DNA of 50,345 nt, taken from contig JBKOWN010000109.1 in NCBI GenBank assembly GCA_046724435.1, positions 1 through 50,345 of the forward strand, read 5' to 3'. Shown in pieces: positions 44,446 through 50,345 of this stretch. Within the stretch, counting starts at the first letter, position 1, and each line of letters begins with the position of its first letter. The position numbers and the translations under genes were made by a program. Under the pieces are notes generated by a model that had not been told where the DNA came from, did not search any database, and worked only from the letters and a program-made list of their open reading frames with translations. This DNA comes from Actinomycetota bacterium (GTDB lineage: Bacteria > Actinomycetota > Acidimicrobiia > IMCC26256 > JACDBD01).

Positions 44446-46722
44446 TCAGGACTGCTGCCGGAGGACGTTGAGCGCCGAGCCGGCCCGGAACCACTCGATG
44501 TGCTCCTCGGACATCGTGTGCGTGGTCCGGATCTCGTCACGGGACCCGTCGGCGTGGTGCACGACGACTGTGACGGGCTTGCCCGGCGCGAGCTCGGCGA
44601 GCCCCACCACGTCGACCGTGTCGTCAGCCCGGAACTTCTCGTAGTCGGCGGGATCGGCGAGCGTCAGCGCGAGCACGCCCTGCTTCTTGAGGTTCGCTTC
44701 GTGGATCCGCGCGAACGAGCGCACGATGATCGCCCGACCACCCATGAAGCGCGGCTCCATGGCCGCGTGCTCACGCGACGAGCCCTCGCCGTAGTTCTCG
44801 TCGCCGACGGCGGCCCACTCGATGCCGGCGTCCTTGTACTCCCGCGCCAGCTCGGGCAGCGGCTTCACGGATCCGTCCCGCGCGTCGGTGCCGTTGCCGT
44901 GCCCGTCGGCGAACGCGTTGGACACACCCGTGAAGAGGTTCTGGGAGATGTTCGTGAGGTGGCCGCGGTAGCGCAGCCACGGGCCGGCGGGCGAGATGTG
45001 GTCGGTCGTGCACTTCCCCACCGCCTTGAGCAAAACGCGCAGGCCGGTGAGGTCCTCGCCGTCCCACGCCGCGAACGGCTCGAGCAGCTCGAGGCGCTCG
45101 CTGCCCGGCTGAACGAGGACCTCCACCTTCGAGGAGTCGCCCGCCGGGGGCTGGAAGCCGGAGTCACCGGGGTCGAAGCCCTTGTCCGGCAGCTCGTCGG
45201 CGACGGGCGGCTCGAGATGCACCGGTGCTCCGTCGGGCCCGGGCACGCCGTCGTGGACGAAGTCGACGTCGAGCCGGCCGGTGAGCGCCATGCCGACGAC
45301 GGTCTCCGGGGAACCGATGAATGCCAGCGTGTCGGCATTGCCGTCGTTCCGGCGCGGGAAGTTGCGGTTGTACGACGTGACGATCGTGTTGCGCTCGCCC
45401 ATCTCGATGTCGTCGCGTTTCCATTGCCCGATGCAGGGCCCGCAGGCGTTGGCGAGCACGCTGGCTCCGATCGCCTCGAGGTCGTCGAGCAGACCGTCGC
45501 GCTCGATCGTCGCCCGCACCTGCTCGGAGCCGGGCGTGATGAGGAGCGGCGAACGGGTCTCGAGCCCCGCCGCCTTCGCCTGCCGGGCGACGTGGGCGGC
45601 GCGACCGATGTCCTCGTACGACGAGTTCGTGCACGAGCCGACGAGCGCGTACGAGATCTCGGGCGGGTAGCCCTCCGCCTCGACCGCGTCGCGCACCTCG
45701 GAGACGGGCCGGTCGAGGTCGGGCGTGTGCGGGCCGACGAGGTGCGGCTCGAGCTGGTCGAGGTCGATCTCGACGACGCGGTCGTAGAAACGCTCCGGCT
45801 CGTCTTCGACCTCGGGGTCGATCCGCAGGTGGTGCGCGTACTCGTTGGCGAGGTCGGCGATCTCCTCGCGCTGTGTCGCCTTGAGATACATCGCCGACCG
45901 GTCGTCGTACGGGAAGAGGGAGCACGTGGCGCCGATCTCGGCGCCCATGTTGCAGATGGTGGCCTTGCCGGTCGCCGAGATCGACTCACACCCGCCGCCG
46001 AAGTATTCGACGATCGCGCCCGTACCGCCCTTCACGGTGAGGATGCCGGCGACCTTGAGGATCACGTCCTTGGGCGCAGTCCATCCCGACAGCCGGCCCG
46101 TGAGGTGCACGCCGATGACCTTCGGGACCTTCGTGTTGAACGGCCAACCCGCCATCACGTCGACCGCGTCGGCGCCGCCTACGCCGATGGCGACCATGCC
46201 GAGCCCGCCGGCGTTGGGCGTGTGGCTATCGGTGCCGAGCATCATCCCGCCCGGGAACGCGTACTGCTCGAGCACGACCTGGTGGATGATCCCCGAGCCG
46301 GGATTCCAGAACCCTATGCCGTACTTCGCCGACACCGTGCGCAGGAACTCGTACACCTCGGAGTTGGCGTCGAGCGCGTTCTTGAGGTCGATCTCAGCGC
46401 CGACCCGCGCCTGGATGAGATGGTCGCAGTGCACGGTCGTCGGCACCGCGACGCGCGGGAGGCCCGCTGTCATGAACTGGAGCAGGGCCATCTGCGCGGT
46501 CGCGTCCTGCATCGCGACCCGGTCGGGCCGGTAATCGGCGTAGTCGACACCGCGTTCCAACCCGATGGTGTGCGGGTCCTCGGCGTGCGCGAACAGCACT
46601 TTCTCGGCGTACGTGAGCGGCCGCCCCAAGCGGCGGCGGCCGACTGCGACCCGTTCCGGATAGCGGCCGTAGACGTCCTCGACGAGCGCGACCGGCGTCG
46701 CGTGCTCGGTCCTGTCGGCCAT
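44446..46722 (-). CDS. acn: Aconitate hydratase, about 758-aa mitochondrial-type
   Basis: Start at ATG 46722 ([11 protein letters not shown]) after an [42 protein letters not shown] and NSSYED motifs. Its length and N-terminus resemble eukaryotic ACO2-type aconitase rather than the 900+ aa AcnA/IRP type. Confidence 0.93.
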   Translation of the reverse strand: MADRTEHATPVALVEDVYGRYPERVAVGRRRLGRPLTYAEKVLFAHAEDPHTIGLERGVDYADYRPDRVAMQDATAQMALLQFMTAGLPRVAVPTTVHCDHLIQARVGAEIDLKNALDANSEVYEFLRTVSAKYGIGFWNPGSGIIHQVVLEQYAFPGGMMLGTDSHTPNAGGLGMVAIGVGGADAVDVMAGWPFNTKVPKVIGVHLTGRLSGWTAPKDVILKVAGILTVKGGTGAIVEYFGGGCESISATGKATICNMGAEIGATCSLFPYDDRSAMYLKATQREEIADLANEYAHHLRIDPEVEDEPERFYDRVVEIDLDQLEPHLVGPHTPDLDRPVSEVRDAVEAEGYPPEISYALVGSCTNSSYEDIGRAAHVARQAKAAGLETRSPLLITPGSEQVRATIERDGLLDDLEAIGASVLANACGPCIGQWKRDDIEMGERNTIVTSYNRNFPRRNDGNADTLAFIGSPETVVGMALTGRLDVDFVHDGVPGPDGAPVHLEPPVADELPDKGFDPGDSGFQPPAGDSSKVEVLVQPGSERLELLEPFAAWDGEDLTGLRVLLKAVGKCTTDHISPAGPWLRYRGHLTNISQNLFTGVSNAFADGHGNGTDARDGSVKPLPELAREYKDAGIEWAAVGDENYGEGSSREHAAMEPRFMGGRAIIVRSFARIHEANLKKQGVLALTLADPADYEKFRADDTVDVVGLAELAPGKPVTVVVHHADGSRDEIRTTHTMSEEHIEWFRAGSALNVLRQQS

Positions 46723-46733
46723 ATTGCTCCTCT

Positions 46734-46782
46734 GTCGCCGTCGCAAGCTCCGGCTTTGCAGCAACGGCCGGCAAAGCCGTCC
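46734..46782 (-). repeat. Dispersed structured intergenic element, copy 4
   Basis: Minus-strand read: GGACGGCTTTGCCGGCCGTTGCTGCAAAGCCGGAGCTTGCGACGGCGAC. It is followed directly by AGAGGAGCAATATG, the acn SD and start. It lies 58 nt downstream of the STAND gene stop. Confidence 0.85.
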
Positions 46783-46842
46783 TCGCAGCCGAGGCTACGT
46801 CACGATTCCCGCCCGGGCCTCAGCGGAGGGGCAGGCCGGCCG

Positions 46843-49434
46843 TCAGGCCAGGTTGTCCTCTCCCCGGACAATTGCCACTGCCTCACGCCGGCTGAGGTGG
46901 GAACCCGACGTAAACGACTCGTCGAACCCATCCTCGCCGAGCGCGCGCTTCAGCTGCTCGACGAGCTCGGCTTCGCCGCGCCGGAGGGCCGGCCAAACCT
47001 GTATGCCTGCTCGACGCCGGATGCCCTCTGCTGCGCCGAGGGTGACCGCGGCCGTGTCCGGGGCGCCCGACGCGAATGCCAGCCGGGCGAACCCCGCCAG
47101 GCAGAGGGTGACGCCCACGGTGCTCTCCACGTCCAAGCTCATGGTGAGGCCCTCGTCGAGCAACGGTCGAGCATCGTCGAGCCGGCCCTGCCTGATGGCG
47201 AGGATCCCGAGCTGCGACCAAGAGACGGAGAGCCACGCGCTATCGAACTGCCGGCTCAGGTCGCGCACTTGCATCAAGTGAGGAAGAGCATCGTCGAGGC
47301 GCCCGAGATCGAGCTCCACTTCTCCGACGGTGCTGAGAGCGATGGCGCTCCAGAACGGCTCGTCCTGATCGCGCAGGTGTTCACGGCACAGAGACGCTTC
47401 TCGCAGCGCACCGTCGAAGTCGTTGACGATCGGCAACACCCAGGAGATGGCCAAGTGTGCGATGGCCTCGAGGAATGGGTCGTCGAAGGCTCCCAGCAAC
47501 GGCTCCAAGCGGCCCTTGGCGGCCACAGCCGCGGTGTCGTCGCCGAGCTGCTCGAACGTGGCGGCCGCTGACCAGAAGAGCTCCGCTTGTGCGTGGTCGT
47601 CCAGGGAGGCGACCGCGGGTGTGAGCTCGTCGATCCAGGACCGAACTTCGATGAGGTGATCCCGCATCGCCCAGAACACCCACAGGGCACGGAACAGGTG
47701 CGGCAGCGGCTCGATGTCGTGAGCGAGGAACCAGCGAATGGCCGCACCCAGGTTGGCCCACTCAACCTGCAGGCGCTCCGCCCAGTCGGACTGATCCGAA
47801 CCGCGCAGGGGCCGGTCGGCGCGCTCGGCCAGATCGCGGAAGTAATTCGCGTGGCGTCGTTGGACCTCGGCGAGATCGGCATTCGCCGCCGACTGCTCGG
47901 CGACGAACTCCCGGACGGTCTCGAGCATGCGGAACCGCGGCTCCCGAGCTGTTGCGTCGACGCGCACGAGGCTCTGCCGAGCGAGGGCTTCGATCAGATC
48001 GAGGGTGCTGTCCTCGTCGCGGTCACTCACGTGGGCCGCGGCCTCGATTGCCCAGCCGTCGACGAACACCGCGAGCGTGGAAAGCATGGCTCCTTCGGCT
48101 TTGTCGAGGAGCCCGACGCTCCAATCAACGGTGGCCCGCAGGGTGCGCTGACGTTCGGGCAGATCGACGGGACCGGTGCCCGTGGCGTCGAGGGACGTCT
48201 CGAGCCGGGCCAGCAGGGCGTCTGGGTTGAGCAGCCGCGTGCGTGCTGCCGCCAGCTCGATCGCCAGCGGCACGCCTTCGAGGCGTCGACAGATCTCCGC
48301 CACAGCGCCGGCGTTCTCAGTGGTGAGAGCGAAGTCGGGACGTACCGCACGAGCGCGGTCAACGAACAGCTCGATTGCCGGCGACGACGCCAGCTGTTCG
48401 ACCTGCCAATCGCCGGAAGCCGGCGGAAGCGAAAGTGCGGGAACCGGGTACTCGCGTTCGCCGCGCAGGCGAAGGGCAATCCGGCTCGTGGCCAAGATCT
48501 TCACGCCTGGGCAGCGCGTCAAGACCTCTTCGAGATCAGGAGCCGCGGCAACAACCCGCTCCAAGTTGTCGAGCACGAGCAGGAAGGGCGTATCGCCGAA
48601 GTGTTCGACGAGTGCGTCCAGCGGCGACTGCGAACGCGAGACATCGGCTCCCACCGCACTGGCAATACTCACCAACACGAGCTCTGGCTTGGCGACTGAC
48701 GCGATCGGCACGAAGACTTCCCCCGACAGGTAGCGATTGCCGAGACGTTCGCCCACCGCGACCGCGAGCCGCGTCTTTCCGATCCCTCCGGGACCGGTGA
48801 GCGTGACGAGCCGCGTCTCCGGAAGTTGGATGAGCCCGGCGACGTCGTCGATGACCTCTTCTCGACCGATCAGCGAAGTCGTGTCCACCGGTAGTGAACG
48901 AACCGCTCGCCCGGGATGCTCTGGTGACGTAGGCACCGCCGTACCGGCCGCAGCGAAGCGCTCACTGAGCATCACCGCGAGGTCATCGCGGACCAAACGG
49001 CCAAGCTCCCGGGCGGTACGGAAGTTGCGGTACGAATCTGCGGCCTCACCCCTGATCCGCTCGATCACCTCAGTCAATCGCGGGTCTCGATCGGGCGAAG
49101 GTGCCTTGATGTAGAGCAGACGGGGAAGCGACCCCGAGAGCTCGAACTCGTCCTGCAGACCCGAGATGTCCATACCCGGACTGACCCAGCCGTAACGCTG
49201 CCAGTACAGACCGATGAAGATGTCGCTCTGCTCGAGGTACGCGCGGTACAGCTCCTGAGGAGGGTGCGGGCGCGCTCCCAACTCGAACATCACCGGAGTG
49301 AGCCGGAGCGCCGATATAGCACGCGAGACAGCGGCGCGCTCGGGACCCAGCTCTTCCAGCGTGGAGCTGACAAACACGCGGAGACGTTGGTCGGGAGTCC
49401 GGATCGCGGTGCTGTGCTCGGTCAGCCCTGTCAT
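46843..49434 (-). CDS. STAND NTPase: N-terminal DUF4062-like domain + NB-ARC/AAA P-loop + TPR-like C-terminal repeats
   Basis: 863 aa. N-terminus RVFVSSTLEELGPERAAVSRAISALRLTPVMFE...SDIFIGLYWQRYGW (DUF4062 pattern). Walker A TGPGGIGKTRLA, Walker B FLLVLDNLE, ILATSR, GVPLAIELAAAR (NB-ARC/AfsR-like). Long helical repeat region. No DNA-binding domain seen. Confidence 0.85.
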   Translation of the reverse strand: MTGLTEHSTAIRTPDQRLRVFVSSTLEELGPERAAVSRAISALRLTPVMFELGARPHPPQELYRAYLEQSDIFIGLYWQRYGWVSPGMDISGLQDEFELSGSLPRLLYIKAPSPDRDPRLTEVIERIRGEAADSYRNFRTARELGRLVRDDLAVMLSERFAAAGTAVPTSPEHPGRAVRSLPVDTTSLIGREEVIDDVAGLIQLPETRLVTLTGPGGIGKTRLAVAVGERLGNRYLSGEVFVPIASVAKPELVLVSIASAVGADVSRSQSPLDALVEHFGDTPFLLVLDNLERVVAAAPDLEEVLTRCPGVKILATSRIALRLRGEREYPVPALSLPPASGDWQVEQLASSPAIELFVDRARAVRPDFALTTENAGAVAEICRRLEGVPLAIELAAARTRLLNPDALLARLETSLDATGTGPVDLPERQRTLRATVDWSVGLLDKAEGAMLSTLAVFVDGWAIEAAAHVSDRDEDSTLDLIEALARQSLVRVDATAREPRFRMLETVREFVAEQSAANADLAEVQRRHANYFRDLAERADRPLRGSDQSDWAERLQVEWANLGAAIRWFLAHDIEPLPHLFRALWVFWAMRDHLIEVRSWIDELTPAVASLDDHAQAELFWSAAATFEQLGDDTAAVAAKGRLEPLLGAFDDPFLEAIAHLAISWVLPIVNDFDGALREASLCREHLRDQDEPFWSAIALSTVGEVELDLGRLDDALPHLMQVRDLSRQFDSAWLSVSWSQLGILAIRQGRLDDARPLLDEGLTMSLDVESTVGVTLCLAGFARLAFASGAPDTAAVTLGAAEGIRRRAGIQVWPALRRGEAELVEQLKRALGEDGFDESFTSGSHLSRREAVAIVRGEDNLA

Positions 49435-49595
49435 GGATTCATCCCGGAAGGAGACTCAGCCTACGCGCCGCCACTCCCTCAGCCGCCTGCTTGCCGGAAT
49501 GCGAGAGGCCGCGGCCAGGTTCCACCGGGAACACATCGAGAAACGCGGCGTCCGCGGGAAGCATGGCTTCCGCGGCTCACAGGAAGGAAGGATCG

Positions 49596-50012
49596 ATGGC
49601 GAAATCAATCAAGGACGCCATGACCACCATGCCGGCATCGCTCCCGGCGAGCTCGAGCGTTGCCGACGCCGCACAGCAGATGCGCGACCTCGACATCGGG
49701 GACGTGCTGGTCGTGCAGGGAGGGATGCTCGCGGGCATCGTCACAGACCGGGATCTCGTCGTGCGGGCGATCGCCGAAGGCCGTGACGCCACGTCGACGC
49801 TCGGTGATGTCGTGAGCCCCGAGGTCGTCTGCATCGCGCCCACCGACAGCGCCGACGACGCCATCCGTCTCATGCGAGAGCGTGCGCTGCGGCGGGTACC
49901 GGTGGTCGAGAACGGCAGGCCTGTCGGGATCGTGTCGCTCGGCGATCTGGCAGGCGAACGCGATCCCCGTTCGTTGCTGGGCGAGATCAGCACCGCGCCG
50001 CCGAATCACTGA
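49596..50012 (+). CDS. CBS-pair domain protein
   Basis: ATG 49596 follows a GGAAGGAAGGA SD. 138 aa with two CBS repeats (IGDVLVVQGGMLAGIVTDRDLV and RRVPVVENGRPVGIVSLGDL). Confidence 0.85.
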   Translation: MAKSIKDAMTTMPASLPASSSVADAAQQMRDLDIGDVLVVQGGMLAGIVTDRDLVVRAIAEGRDATSTLGDVVSPEVVCIAPTDSADDAIRLMRERALRRVPVVENGRPVGIVSLGDLAGERDPRSLLGEISTAPPNH

Positions 50013-50345
50013 TCAGTGTGGTTGCCAGGCGTCCGCATCGGTGGTGAGGGCGGCGACGCTCTCGGGCAGGGCGCCCGCGGCCAGGTCGGCGAGGGAAACG
50101 CGCTCGAGAACCGCCCGTAGGTTGGCGCGCAACGCGACCCACACCTCGGGGAGGCGGACGGCGGCGCCCCGATAGTGCAAGGCCTCGGGACGGGACCCTT
50201 GCACGGCGGCCAGCGGTCCCTCGACCGACCGCAGGACCTCCGCGATCGAGATCTCGCTCGGCGCCCGGGTCAGCGCGTAGCCGCCCTCGGCGCCTCGACG
50301 GGTGAAGACGAGCCCCGCGTTGCGCAGGTCAGCGAGGATGTTCTC
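50013..50345 (-). CDS. Rrf2-family transcriptional regulator, C-terminal part (the gene start lies beyond the window end)
   Basis: The in-frame minus-strand read from the window edge is ENILADLRNAGLVFTRRGAEGGYALTRAPSEISIAEVLRSVEGPL..., the typical Rrf2 wing/dimerisation region. Confidence 0.8.
   Translation of the reverse strand, partial: ENILADLRNAGLVFTRRGAEGGYALTRAPSEISIAEVLRSVEGPLAAVQGSRPEALHYRGAAVRLPEVWVALRANLRAVLERVSLADLAAGALPESVAALTTDADAWQPH

Noticed and set aside
44431-47571. A 1046-aa plus-strand ORF spanning the acn and STAND loci.
   Set aside because: It is antisense to two genes with unambiguous motifs. It runs straight through the intergenic repeat and has low-complexity R/G/D/V composition. 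It is a shadow ORF.
1-50345. CRISPR arrays, IS elements, integrases, prophage genes, rRNA or toxin-antitoxin pairs.
   Set aside because: I saw no regularly spaced direct repeats and no transposase, integrase or phage-like ORF in any frame of the ORF track. The tRNA-adjacent duplication has no recombinase nearby.

Overview
High-GC (about 70% by eye) chromosomal core segment from an actinobacterium. I guess a deep-branching, Acidimicrobiia-like lineage, with low confidence. It is densely packed with housekeeping operons, and many adjacent genes share ATGA or GTGA start/stop overlaps.

Gene content in order:
- DUF1385 fragment, rpmE and rho.
- An ApgM-family gene sitting where thrB normally lies.
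- A PQQ sugar dehydrogenase.
- An argS-lysA-hom-thrC-SDR operon, divergent from tRNA-Arg(CCG).
- Two hydrolase/SDR genes.
- bpa (proteasome activator), translationally coupled to a class II DAHP synthase.
- kgd/odhA.
- A TetR-MFS pair.
- A dapA-like gene plus a small membrane protein.
- TauE, UDG, a DagK-like kinase and glpQ.
- whiB1-like and pdtaS.
- An Rv3679/Rv3680-like ArsA ATPase pair with DUF3107.
- A complete cytochrome bc1-aa3 gene set: ctaG-like, ctaE-qcrCAB, ctaC-ctaD-ctaF.
- An Fe-S module: mrp/apbC, a SufR-like regulator and a cysteine desulfurase.
- A mitochondrial-type aconitase.
- An 863-aa DUF4062-NB-ARC-TPR STAND NTPase.
- A CBS-pair protein and a partial Rrf2 regulator.

I saw no rRNA, CRISPR array, transposase or integrase.

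Most notable observations:
1. An unrecognised ~50-nt structured intergenic element occurs five times. Two copies directly abut Shine-Dalgarno sequences. One copy sits in a 96-bp insert flanked by an 18-nt duplication of the tRNA-Arg 5' end.
2. The standalone DUF4062-STAND protein.
3. The ApgM-like candidate non-orthologous homoserine kinase.

All coordinates and alignments were made by eye from the sequence and the ORF track. No searches were run.
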